This document shows positions 12,124-25,200 of a stretch of 64,000 nucleotides of DNA, one piece after another (within the stretch, counting starts at the first letter, position 1; every line of letters starts with the position of its first letter). Below the pieces are notes generated by a model. It worked only from the letters and a program-made list of their open reading frames with translations, did not search any database and was not told the origin of the DNA. Origin of the DNA: Heterodontus francisci (Eukaryota); the NCBI RefSeq assembly GCF_036365525.1, contig NC_090395.1, forward strand, positions 65,559,326 to 65,623,325, in the 5' to 3' direction. The position numbers and the translations under genes are program-made.

Positions 12124-13070
12124 TAGTTTAAACCCTCCCCAACAGCGTTAGCAAAAACACCCCCAAGGACATTGGTTCCAGTCCGGCCCAGGTGTAGACC
12201 GTCCAATTTGTAATAGTCCCACCTCCCCCAGAACCGGTCCCAATGTCCCAAAAATCTGAACCCCTCCTTCCTGCACCATCTCTCAAGCCACGCATTCATC
12301 CTGACTATTCTTTCATTTTTACTCTGACTATCACGTGGCACTGGTAGCAATCCTGAGATTACTACCTCTGAAGTCCTACTTTTTAACTTGGCTCCTAACT
12401 CCCTAAACTCTGCTTGTAGGACCTCATCCCGTTTTTTACCTATATCATTGGTGCCTATGTGCACAACGACAGCTGGCTGTTCACCCTCCCCCTTTAGAAT
12501 GTTCTGCAGCCAATCTGAGACATCCCTGACCCGTGCACCTGGGAGGCAACATACCATTCGGGAGTCTCGTTTTCGACCACAGAACCGCCTATCTACTCCC
12601 CTTACAATCGAATCCCCTACGACTATAGCCCTTCCACTCTTTTTCCCGCCCTTCTGAACAGCAGAGCCAGCCACGGTGCCATGAACCTGGCTACTGCTGC
12701 CTTCCCCTGGTGAGCCATCTCCCTCAACAGTAACCAAAACGGTATACTTGTTTTGGAGGGAGATGACCGCAGGGGACTCCTGCGCTGCCTTCCTGCTCTT
12801 TCTCTGCCTTTTGGTCACCCATTCCCTTTCTCCCTCAGCAATCCTAATCTGCGGTGTGACCAATTCACTAAACGTGCTATCCACGACCTCCTCAGCATCG
12901 CGCATGCTCCAAAGTGAGTCCATCCGCAGCTCGAGAGCCGTCATGCGGTCTAACAATAGCTGCAGTTGGACACACTTCCTGCACATGAAGGAGTCACGGA
13001 CATCAGCCGTGTCCCTGAGCTCCCACATTGAGCAAGAGGAGCATGACACGGGTCTGAGATCTCCTGCCAT
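12123..13070 (-). CDS. CR1 ORF1: zinc knuckle/leucine zipper plus SGNH esterase, 315 aa from the ATG at 13070
   Basis: CSSCSMW..CRKC, heptad leucines, VVGDSIVR, CLPGA, HIGTND, DGLHL; stop overlaps the ORF2 start as TAATG (12125-12121). Confidence 0.93.
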   Translation of the reverse strand: MAGDLRPVSCSSCSMWELRDTADVRDSFMCRKCVQLQLLLDRMTALELRMDSLWSMRDAEEVVDSTFSELVTPQIRIAEGEREWVTKRQRKSRKAAQESPAVISLQNKYTVLVTVEGDGSPGEGSSSQVHGTVAGSAVQKGGKKSGRAIVVGDSIVRGVDRRFCGRKRDSRMVCCLPGARVRDVSDWLQNILKGEGEQPAVVVHIGTNDIGKKRDEVLQAEFRELGAKLKSRTSEVVISGLLPVPRDSQSKNERIVRMNAWLERWCRKEGFRFLGHWDRFWGRWDYYKLDGLHLGRTGTNVLGGVFANAVGEGLN

Positions 13071-13248
13071 TTTTAATCTTAAGCTTAACTTAGTTAAATG
13101 AAAAAGGAATGAAAAGTTTTTTACCAATCACGATAAAACCAGAGAAATAGAAAAAGCCTTACCTTATATGCACACCAACGAGTCCTTTTTTTTGGTTAGA
13201 GGAGGAGGGCGGGTGGGAGACACTACAAGTGTGGTGTATCGGGTTCAG

Positions 13249-16200
13249 AAACCGCCCAAATATATAGTGTTTTACTTACCCAGCAGCCCCCTGGCCTCCG
13301 CCGAAAACAAAAGGAAATTAAGTTTACTTTCAAACTGACCATCCCAGCTGCTCACTCGCTCGCACTCTCTGCTCCCGAAAAAGCTGCTGCAATGAAAGGA
13401 AAGTTATTTTAAACCGCCCAAATATATAGTGTTTTACTTACCCAGCAGCCCCCTGGCCTCCGCCGAAAACAAAAGGAAATTAAGTTTACTTTCAAACTGA
13501 CCTTCCCAGCTGCTCACTCGCTCGCACTCTCTGCTCCCGAAAAAGCTGCTGCAATGAAAGGAAAGTTATTTTAAACCGCCCAAATATATAGTGTTTTACT
13601 TACCCAGCAGCCCCCTGGCCTCCGCCAAAGACAAAAGGAAATTAAGTTTACTTTCAAACTGACCTTCCCAGCTGCTCACTCGCTCGCACTCTCTGCTCCC
13701 GAAAAAGCTGCTGCAATGAAAGGAAAGTTATTTTAAACCGCCCAAATATATAGTGTTTTACTTACCCAGCAGCCCCCTGGCCTCCGCCGAAAACAAAAGG
13801 AAATTAAGTTTACTTTCAAACTGACCTTCCCAGCTGCTCACTCGCTTGCACTCTCTGCTCCCGAAAAAGCTGCTGCAATGAAAGGAAAGTTATTTTAAAC
13901 CGCCCAAATATATAGTGTTTTACTTACCCAGCAGTCCCCTGGCCTCCGCCGAAAACAAAAGGAAATTAAGTTTACTTTCAAACTGACCTTCCCAGCTGCT
14001 CACTCGCTCGCACTTTTTGCTCCCGAAAAAGCTGCTGCAATGAAAGGAAAGTTATTTTAAACCGCCCAAATATATAGTGTTTTACTTACCCAGCAGCCCC
14101 CTGGCCTCCGCCGAAAACAAAAGGAAATTAAGTTTACTTTCAAACTGACCTTCCCAGCTGCTCACTCGCTCGCACTCTCTGCTCCCGGAAAAGCTGCTGC
14201 AATGAAAGGAAAGTTATTTTAAACCGCCCAAATATATAGTGTTTTACTTACACAGCAGCCCCCTGGCCTCCGCCGAAAACAAAAGGAAATTAAGTTTACT
14301 TTCAAACTGACCTTCCCAGCTGCTCACTCGCTCGCACTCTCTGCTCCCGAAAAAGCTGCTGCAATGAAAGGAAAGTTATTTTAAACTGCCCAAATATATG
14401 GTGTTTTACTTACCCAGCAGTCCCCTGGCCTCCGCCGAAAACAAAAGGAAATTAAGTTTACTTTCAAACTGACCTTCCCAGCTGCTCACTCGCTCGCACT
14501 CTCTGCTCCCGAAAAAGCTGCTGCAATGAAAGGAAAGTTATTTTAAACCACCCAAATATATAGTGTTTTACTTACCCAGCAGCCCCCTGGCCTCCGCCGA
14601 AAACAAAAGGAAATTAAGTTTACTTTCAAACTGACCATCCCAGATGCTCACACGCTCGCACTCTCCTGCTCCCGAAAAAGCTGCTGCAATGAAAGGAAAG
14701 TTATTTTAAACTGCCCAAATATATAGTGTTTTACTTACCCAGCAGCCCCCTGGCCTCCGCCGAAAACAAAAGGATATGAAGTTTACTTTCAAACTGACCT
14801 TCCCAGCTGCTCACTCGCTTGCACTCTCTTGCTCCCGAAAAAGCTGCTGCAATGAAAGGAAAGTTATTTTAAACCGCCCAAATATATAGTGTTTTACTTA
14901 CCCAGCAGCCCCCTGGCCTCCGCTGAAAACAAAAGGAAATTAAGTTTACTTTCAAACTGACCTTCCCAGCTGCTCACTCGCTCGCACACTCTGCTCCCGA
15001 AAAAGCTGCTGCAATGAAAGGAAAGTTATTTTAAACCGCCCAAAAATATAGTGTTTTACTTACCCAGCAGCCCCCTGGCCTCCACCAAAAACAAAAGGAA
15101 ATTAAGTTTACTTTCAAACTGACCTTCCCAGCGGCTCACTCGCTCGCACTCTCTGCTCCCGAAAATGCTGCTGCAATGAAAGGAAAGTTATTTTAAACCA
15201 CCCAAATATATAGTGTTTTACTTCCCCAGCAGCCCCCTGGCCTCCGCCAAAAACAAAAGGAAATTAAGTTTACTTTCAAACTGACCTTCCCAGCTGCTCA
15301 CTCGCTCGCACTCTCTGCTCCCGAAAAAGCTGCTGCAATGATAGGAAAGTTATTTTAAACCGCCCAAATATATAGTGTTTTACTTACCCAGCAGCCCCCT
15401 GGCCTCTGCCGAAAACAAAAGGAAATTAAGTTTACTTTCAAACTGACCTTCCCAGCTGCTCACTCGCTCGCACTCTCTGCTCTCGAAAAAGCTGCTGCAA
15501 TGAAAGGAAAGTTATTTTAAACCGCCCAAATACATAGTGTTTTACTTACCCAGCAGCCCCCTGGGCTCCGCCGAAAACAAAAGGAAATTATTTTACTTTC
15601 AAACTGACCTTCCCAGCTGCTCACTCGCTCGCACTCTCTGCTCCCGAAAAAGCTGCTGCAATGAAAGGAAAGTTATTTTAAACCGCCCAAATATATAGTG
15701 TTTTACTTACCCAGCAGTCCCCTGGCCTCTGCCGAAAACAAAAGGAAATTAAGTTTACTTTCAAACTGACCTTCCCAGCTGCTCACTCGCTTGCACTCTC
15801 TGCTCCCGAAAAAGCTGCTGCAATGAAAGGAAAGTTATTTTAAACCGCCCAAATATATAGTGTTTTACTTACCCAGCAGCCCCCTGGCCTCTGCCGAAAA
15901 CAAAAGGAAATTAAGTTTACTTTCAAACTGACCTTCCCAGCTGCTCACTCGCTCGCACTCTCTGCTCCCGAAAAAGCTGCTGCAATGAAAGGAAAGTTAT
16001 TTTAAACCGCCCAAATATATAGTGTTTTACTTACCCAGCAGCCCCCTGGCCTCTGCCGAAAACAAAAGGATATGAAGTTTACTTTCAAACTGACCTTCCC
16101 AGCTAATCACTCGCTTGCACTCTCTTGCTCCCGAAAAAGCTGCTGCAATGAAAGGAAAGTTGTTTTAAACCGCCCAAATATATAGTGTTTCACTTACCCA

Positions 16201-19200
16201 GCAGCCCCCTGGCCTCCGCCGAAAACAAAAGGAAATTAAGTTTACTTTCAAACTGACCTTCCCAGCTGCTCACTTGCTCGCAATCTCTGCTCCCGAAAAA
16301 GCTGCTGCAATGAAAGGAAAGTTATTTTAAACCGCCCAAATATATAGTGTTTTACTTACCCAGCAGCCCCCTGGGCTCCGCCGAAAACAAAAGGAAATTA
16401 AGTTTACTTTCAAACTGACCTTCCCAGCTGCTCACTCGCTCGCACTCTCTGCTCCCGAAAAAGCTGCTGCAATGAAAGGAAAGTTATTTTAAACCGCCCA
16501 AATATATAATGTTTTACTTACCCAGCAGCCCCCTGGCCTCCGCCGAAAACAAAAGGAAATTAAGTTTACTTTCAAACTGACCTTCCCAGCTGCTCACTCG
16601 CTCGCACTCTCTGCTCCCGAAAAAGCTGCTGCAATGAAAGGAAAGTTATTTTAAACCACCCAAATATATAGTGTTTTACTTACCCAGCAGCCCCCTGGCC
16701 TCTGCCGAAAACAAAAGGAAATTAAGTTTACTTTCAAACTGACCTTCCCAGCTGCTCACTCGCTCGCACTCTCTGCTCTCGAAAAAGCTGCTGCAATGAA
16801 AGGAAAGTTATTTTAAACCGCCCAAATACATAGTGTTTTACTTACCCAGCAGCCCCCTGGGCTCCGCCGAAAACAAAAGGAAATTATTTTACTTTCAAAC
16901 TGACCTTCCCAGCTGCTCACTCGCTCGCACTCTCTGCTCCCGAAAAAGCTGCTGCAATGAAAGGAAAGTTATTTTAAACCGCCCAAATATATAGTGTTTT
17001 ACTTACCCAGCAGCCCCCTGGCCTCTGCCGAAAACAAAAGGATATGAAGTTTACTTTCAAACTGACCTTCCCAGCTAATCACTCGCTTGCACTCTCTTGC
17101 TCCCGAAAAAGCTGCTGCAATGAAAGGAAAGTTATTTTAAACCGCCCAAATATATAGTGTTTTACTTACCCAGCAGCCCCCTGGCCTCCGCCGAAAACAA
17201 AAGGAAATTAAGTTTACTTTCAAACTGACCTTCCCAGCTGCTCACTCGCTCGCACTCTCTGCTCCCGAAAAAGCTGCTGCAATGAAAGGAAAGTTATTTT
17301 AAACCGCCCAAATATATAGTGTTTTACTTACCCAGCAGTCCCCTGGCCTCCGCCGAAAACAAAAGGAAATTAAGTTTACTTTCAAACTGACCATCCCAGC
17401 TGCTCACTCGCTCGCACACTCTGCTCCCGAAAAAGCTGCTGCAATGAAAGGAAAGTTATTTTAAACCGCCCAAATATATAATGTTTTACTTACCCAGCAG
17501 CCCCCTGGCCTCCGCCGAAAACAAAAGGAAATTAAGTTTACTTTCAAACTGACCTTCCCAGCTGCTCACTCGCTCGCACTCTCTGCTCCCGAAAAAGCTG
17601 CTGCAATGAAAGGAAAGTTATTTTAAACTGCCCAAATATATAGTGTTTTACTTACCCAGCAGCCCCCTGGCCTCCGCTGAAAACAAAAGGAAATTAAGTT
17701 TACTTTCAGACTGACCTTCCCAGCTGCTCACTCGCTCGCACTCTCTGCTCTCGAAAAAGCTGCTGCAATGAAAGGAAAGTTATTTTAAACCGCCCAAATA
17801 CATAGTGTTTTACTTACCCAGCAGCCCCCTGGGCTCCGCCGAAAACAAAAGGAAATTATTTTACTTTCAAACTGACCTTCCCAGCTGCTCACTCGCTCGC
17901 ACTCTCTGCTCCCGAAAAAGCTGCTGCAATGAAAGGAAAGTTATTTTAAACCGCCCAAATATATAGTGTTTTACTTACCCAGCAGTCCCCTGGCCTCCGC
18001 CGAAAACAAAAGGAAATTAAGTTTACTTTCAAACTGACCTTCCCAGCTGCTCACTCGCTTGCACTCTCTGCTCCCTAAAAAGCTGCTGCAATGAAAGGAA
18101 AGTTATTTTAAACCGCCCAAATATATAGTGTTTTACTTACCCAGCAGCCCCCTGGCCTCCGCCGAAAACAAAAGGAAATTAAGTTTACTTTCAAACTGAC
18201 CTTCCCAGCTGCTCACTCGCTCGCACTCTCTGCTCCCGAAAAAGCTGCTGCAATGAAAGGAAAGTTATTTTAAACCGCCCAAATATATAGTATTTTACTT
18301 ACCCAGCAGCCCCCTGGCCTCTGCCGAAAACAAAAGGATATGAAGTTTACTTTCAAACTGACCTTCCCAGCTAATCACTCGCTTGCACTCTCTTGCTCCC
18401 GAAAAAGCTGCTGCAATGAAAGGAAAGTTATTTAAACCGCCCAAATATATAGTGTTTTACTTACCCAGCAGCCCCCTGGCCTCCGCCGAAAACAAAAGGA
18501 AATTAAGTTTACTTTCAAACTGACCTTCCCAGCTGGTCACTCGCTCGCACTCTCTGCTCCCGAAAAAGCTGCTGCAATGAAAGGAAAGTTATTTTAAACC
18601 GCCCAAATATATAGTGTTTTACTTACCCAGCAGTCCCCTGGCCTCCGCCGAAAACAAAAGGAAATTAAGTTTACTTTCAAACTGACCATCCCAGCTGCTC
18701 ACTCGCTCGCACTCTCTGCTCCCGAAAAAGCTGCTGCAATGAAAGGAAAGTTATTTTAAACCGCCCAAATATATAATGTTTTACTTACCCAGCAGCCCCC
18801 TGGCCTCCGCCGAAAACAAAAGGAAATTAAGTTTACTTTCAAACTGACCTTCCCAGCTGCTCACTCGCTCGCACTCTCTGCTCCCGAAAAAGCTGCTGCA
18901 ATGAAAGGAAAGTTATTTTAAACCGCCCAAATATATAGTGTTTTACTTACCCAGCAGCCCCCTGGCCTCTGCCGAAAACAAAAGGAAATTAAGTTTACTT
19001 TCAAACTGACCTTCCCAGCTGCTCACTCGCTCGCACTCTCTGCTCCCGAAAAAGCTGCTGCAATGAAAGGAAAGTTATTTTAAACCGCCCAAATATATAG
19101 TGTTTTACTTACCCAGCAGCCCCCTGGCCTCTGCCGCAAACAAAAGGAAATTAAGTTTACTTTCAAACTGACCTTCCCACCTGCTCACTCGCTCGCACTC

Positions 19201-22200
19201 TCTGCTCCCGAAAAAGCTGCTGCAATGAAAGGAAAGTTATTTTAAACTGCCCAAATATATAGTGTTTTACTTACCCAGCAGCCCCCTGGCCTCCGCTGAA
19301 AACAAAAGGAAATTAAGTTTACTTTCAGACTGACCTTCCCAGCTGCTCACTCGCTCGCACTCTCTGCTCCCGAAAAAGCTGCTGCAATGAAAGGAAAGTT
19401 ATTTTAAACCGCCCAAATATATAGTGTTTTACTTACCCAGCAGCCCCCTGGCCTCCACCGAAAACAAAAGGAAATTATGTTTACTTTCAAACTGACCTTC
19501 CCAGCTGCTCACTCGCTCGCACTCTCTGCTCCCGAAAAAGCTGCTGCAATGAAAGGAAAGTTATTTTAAACTGCCCAGATATATAGTGTTTTACTTACCC
19601 AGCAGCCCCCTGGCCTCCGCCAAAAACAAAAGGAAATTAAGTTTAGTTTCAAACTGACCTTCCCAGCTGCTCACTCGCTCGCACTCTCTGCTCCCGAACA
19701 AGCTGCTGCAATGAAAGGAAAGTTATTTTAAACCGCCCAAATATATAGTGTTTTACTTACCCAGCAGCCCCCTGGCCTCCGCCGAAAACAAAAGGAAATT
19801 AAGTTTACTTTCAAACTGACCTTCCCAGCTGCTCACTCGCTCGCACTCTCTGCTCCCGAAAAAGCTGCTGCAATGAAAGGAAAGTTATTTTAAACCGCCC
19901 AAATGTATAGTGTTTTACTTATCCAGCAGCCCCCTGGCCTTCACTGAAAACAAAAGGAAATTAAGTTTACTATCAAACTGACCTTCCCAGCTGCTCACTC
20001 GCTCGCACGCTCTGCTCCCGAAAAAGCTGCTGCAATGACAGGAAAGTTATTTTAAACCGCCCAAATATATAGTGTTTTACTTACCCAGCAGCCCCCTGGC
20101 CTCTGCCGAAATAAAAAGGAAATTAATTTTACTTTCAAACTGAACTTCCCAGCTGCTCACTCGCTCGCACTCTCTGCTCCCAAAAAAGCTGCTGCAATGA
20201 AAGGAAAGTTTTTTTAAACCACCCAAATATATAGTGTTTTACTTACCCAGCAGCCCCCTGGCCTCCGCCGAAAACAAAAGGAAATTATGTTTACTTTCAA
20301 ACTGACCTTCCCAGCTGCTCACTCGCTCGCACTCTCTGCTCCCGAAAAAGCTGCTGCAATGAAAGGAAAGTTATTTTAAACCGCCCAAATATATAGTGTT
20401 TTACTTACCCAGCAGCCCCCTGGCCTCCGCCGCAAACAAAAGGAAATTAAGTTTACTTTCAAACTGACCTTCCCAGCAGCTCACTCGCTCGCACTCTCTG
20501 CTCCCGAAAAAGCTGCTGCAATGAAAGGAAAGTTATTTTAAACCGCCCAAATATATAGTGTTTTACTTACCCAGCAGCCCCCTGGCCTCCACTGAAAACA
20601 AAAGGAAATTAAGTTTACTTTCAGACTGACCTTCCCAGCTGCTCACTCGCTCGCACTCTCTGCTCCCGAAAAAGCTGCTGCAATGAAAGGAAAGTTATTT
20701 TAAACCGCCCAAATATATAGTGTTTTACTTACCCAGCAGCCCCCTGGCCTCCGCCGAAAACAAAAGGAAATTAAGTTTACTTTCAAACTGACCTTCCCAG
20801 CTGCTCACTCGCTCGCACTCTCTGCTCCCGAAAAAGCTGCTGCAATGAAAGGAAAGTTATTTTAAACTGCCCAGATATATAGTGTTTTACTTACCCAGCA
20901 GCCCCCTGGCCTCCGCCGAAAACAAAAGGAAATTAAGTTTACTTTCAAACTGACCTTCCCAGCTGCTCACTCGCTCGCACTCTCTGCTCCCGAAAAAGCT
21001 GCTGCAATGAAAGGAAAGTTATTTTAAACCGCCCAAATATATAGTGTTTTACTTACCCAGCAGCCCCCTGGCCTCTGCCGAAAACAAAAGGATATGAAGT
21101 TTACTTTCAAACTGACCTTCCCAGCTAATCACTCGCTTGCACTCTCTTGCTCCCGAAAAAGCTGCTGCAATGAAAGGAAAGTTATTTTAAACCGCCCAAA
21201 TATATAGTGTTTTACTTACCCAGCAGTCCCCTGGCCTCCGCCGAAAACAAAAGGAAAATAAGTTTACTTTCAAACTGACCATCCCAGCTGCTCACTCGCT
21301 CGCACTCTCTGCTCCCGAAAAAGCTGCTGCAATGAAAGGAAAGTTATTTTAAACCGCCCAAATATATAATGTTTTACTGACCCATCAGCCCCCTGGCCTC
21401 CGCCGAAAACAAAAGGAAATTAAGTTTACTTTCAAACTGACCTTCCCAGCTGCTCACTCGCTCGCACTCTCTGCTCCCGAAAAAGCTGCTGCAATGAAAG
21501 GAAAGTTATTTTAAACCGCCCAAATATATAGTGTTTTACTTACCCAGCAGCCCCCTGGCCTCTGCCGAAAACAAAAGGAAATTAAGTTTACTTTCAAACT
21601 GACCTTCCCAGCTGCTCACTCGCTCGCACTCTCTGCTCCCGAAAAAGCTGCTGCAATGAAAGGAAAGTTATTTTAAACCGCCCAAATATATAGTGTTTTA
21701 CTTACCCAGCAGCCCCCTGGCCTCCGCCGCAAACAAAAGGAAATTAAGTTTACTTTCAAACTGACCTTCCCAGCTGCTCACTCGCTCGCACTCTCTGCTC
21801 CCGAAAAAGCTGCTGCAATGAAAGGAAAGTTATTTTAAACTGCCCAAATATATAGTGTTTTACTTACCCAGCAGCCCCCTGGCCTCCGCTGAAAACAAAA
21901 GGAAATTAAGTTTACTTTCAGACTGACCTTCCCAGCTGCTCACTCGCTCGCACTCTCTGCTCCCGAAAAAGCTGCTGCAATGAAAGGAAAGTTATTTTAA
22001 ACCGCCCAAATATATAGTGTTTTACTTACCCAGCAGCCCCCTGGCCTCCGCCGAAAACAAAAGGAAATTATGTTTACTTTCAAACTGACCTTCCCAGCTG
22101 CTCACTCGCTCGCACTCTCTGCTCCCGAAAAAGCTGCTGCAATGAAAGGAAAGTTATTTTAAACTGCCCAGATATATAGTGTTTTACTTACCCAGCAGCC

Positions 22201-25200
22201 CCCTGGCCTCCGCCAAAAACAAAAGGAAATTAAGTTTAGTTTCAAACTGACCTTCCCAGCTGCTCACTCGCTCGCACTCTCTGCTCCCGAACAAGCTGCT
22301 GCAATGAAAGGAAAGTTATTTTAAACCGCCCAAATATATAGTGTTTTACTTACCCAGCAGCCCCCTGGCCTCCGCCGAAAACAAAAGGAAATTAAGTTTA
22401 CTTTCAAACTGACCTTCCCAGCTGCTCACTCGCTCGCACTCTCTGCTCCCGAAAAAGCTGCTGCAATGAAAGGAAAGTTATTTTAAACCGCCCAAATGTA
22501 TAGTGTTTTACTTATCCAGCTGCCCCCTGGCCTTCAATGAAAACAAAAGGAAATTAAGTTTACTATCAAACTGACCTTCCCAGCTGCTCACTCGCTCGCA
22601 CGCTCTGCTCCCGAAAAAGCTGCTGCAATGAAAGGAAAGTTATTTTAAACCGCCCAAATATATAGTGTTTTACTTACCCAGCAGCCCCCTGGCCTCTGCC
22701 GAAAACAAAAGGAAATTAAGTTTACTTTCAAACTGAACTTCCCAGCTGCTCACTCGCTCGCACTCTCTGCTCCCGAAAAAGCTGCTGCAATGAAAGGAAA
22801 GTTTTTTTAAACCGCCCAAATATATAGTGTTTTACTTACCCAGCAGCCCCCTGGCCTCCGCCGAAAACAAAAGGAAATTATGTTTACTTTCAAACTGACC
22901 TTCCCAGCTGCTCACTCGCTCGCACTCTCTGCTCCCGAAAAAGCTGCTGCAATGAAAGGAAAGTTATTTTAAACCGCCCAAATATATAGTGTTTTACTTA
23001 CCCAGCAGCCCCCTGGCCTCCGCCGCAAACAAAAGGAAATTAAGTTTACTTTCAAACTGACCTTCCCAGCAGCTCACTCGCTCGCACTCTCTGCTCCCGA
23101 AAAAGCTGCTGCAATGAAAGGAAAGTTATTTTAAACCGCCCAAATATATAGTGTTTTACTTACCCAGCAGCCCCCTGGCCTCCACTGAAAACAAAAGGAA
23201 ATTAAGTTTACTTTCAGACTGACCTTCCCAGCTGCTCACTCGCTCGCACTCTCTGCTCCCGAAAAAGCTGCTGCAATGAAAGGAAAGTTATTTTAAACCG
23301 CCCAAATATATAGTGTTTTACTTACCCAGCAGCCCCCTGGCCTCCGCCGAAAACAAAAGGAAATTAAGTTTACTTTCAAACTGACCTTCCCAGCTGCTCA
23401 CTCGCTCGCACTCTCTGCTCCCGAAAAAGCTGCTGCAATGAAAGGAAAGTTATTTTAAACTGCCCAGATATATAGTGTTTTACTTACCCAGCAGCCCCCT
23501 GGCCTCCGCCGAAAACAAAAGGAAATTAAGTTTACTTTCAAACTGACCTTCCCAGCTGCTCACTCGCTCGCACTCTCTGCTCCCGAAAAAGCTGCTGCAA
23601 TGAAAGGAAAGTTATTTTAAACTGCCCAAATATATAGTGTTTTACTTACCCAGCAGCCCCCTGGCCTCTGCCAAAAACAAAAGGAAATTAAGTTTACTTT
23701 CAAACTGACCTTCCCAGCTGCTCACTCGCTCGCACTCTCTGCTCCCGAACAAGCTGCTGCAATGAAAGGAAAGTTATTTTAAACCGCCCAAATATAGAGT
23801 GTTTTACTTACCCAGCAGCCCCCTGGCCTCCGCCGAAAACAAAAGGAAATTAAGTTTACTTTCAAACTGACCTTCCCAGCTGCTCACTCGCTCGCACTCT
23901 CTGCTCCCGAAAAAGCTGCTGCAATGAAAGGAAAGTTATTTTAAACCGCCCAAATATATAGTGTTTTACTTACCCAGCAGCCCCCTGGCCTTCACTGAAA
24001 ACAAATGGAAATTAAGTTTACTATCAAACTGACCTTCCCAGCTGCTCACTCGCTCGCACGCTCTGCTCCCGAAAAAGCTGCTGCAATGAAAGGAAAGTTA
24101 TTTTAAACCGCCCAAATATATAGTGTTTTACTTACCCAGCAGCCCCCTGGCCTCCGCCGAAAACAAAAGGAAATTAAGTTTACTTTCAAACTGACCTTCC
24201 CAGCTGCTCACTCGCTCACACTCTCTGCTCCCGAAAAAGCTGCTGCAATGAAAGGAAAGTTATTTTAAACTGCCCAAATATATCGTGTTTTACTTACCCA
24301 GCAGCCCCCTGGCCTCTGCCAAAAACAAAAGGAAATTAAGTTTACTTTCAAACTGACCTTCCCAGCTGCTCACTCGCTCGCACTCTCTGCTCCCGAACAA
24401 GCTGCTGCAATGAAAGGAAAGTTATTTTAAACCGCCCAAATATAGAGTGTTTTACTTACCCAGCAGCCCCCTGGCCTCCGCCGAAAACAAAAGGAAATTA
24501 AGTTTACTTTCAAACTGACCTTCCCAGCTGCTCACTCGCTCGCACTCTCTGCTCCCGAAAAAGCTGCTGCAATGAAAGGAAAGTTATTTTAAACCGCCCA
24601 AATATATAGTGTTTTACTTACCCAGCAGCCCCCTGGCCTCCACCGAAAACAAAAGGAAATTAAGTTTACTTTCAAACTGACCTTCCCAGCTGCTCACTCG
24701 CTCGCACTCTCTGCTCCCGAAAAAGCTGCTGCAATGAAAGGAAAGTTATTTTAAACCGCCCAAATATATCATGTTTTACTTACCCAGCAGCCCCCTGGCC
24801 TCTGCCGAAAACAAAAGGAAATTAAGTTTACTTTCAAACTGACCTTCCCAGCTGCTCACTCGCTCGCACTCACTGCTCCCGAAAAAGCTGCTGCAATGAA
24901 AGGAAAGTTATTTTAAACCGCCCAAATATATAGTGTTTTACTTACCCAGCAGCCCCCTGGCCTCCGCCGAAAACAAAAGGAAACTAAGTTTACTTTCAAA
25001 CTGACCTTCCCAGCTGCTCAGTCGCTCGCACTCTCTGCTCCCGAAAAAGCTGCTGCAATGAAAGGAAAGTTATTTTAAACCGCCCTAGTATATAGTGCTT
25101 TACTTACCCAGCAGCCCCCTGGCCTCCACCGAAAACAAAAGGAAATTAAGTTTCCTTTCAAACTGACCTTCCCAGCTGCTCACTCGCTCGCACTCTCTGC

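Noticed and set aside
9221-13101. Plus-strand ORFs over the CR1
   Set aside because: Antisense shadows of ORF1/ORF2 with no independent motifs
13071-13127. ORF1 N-terminal extension MVKNFSFLFHLTKLSLRLK from the ORF track
   Set aside because: Starts at a non-ATG codon in the AT-rich UTR; the first ATG (AAAATGG) is at 13070
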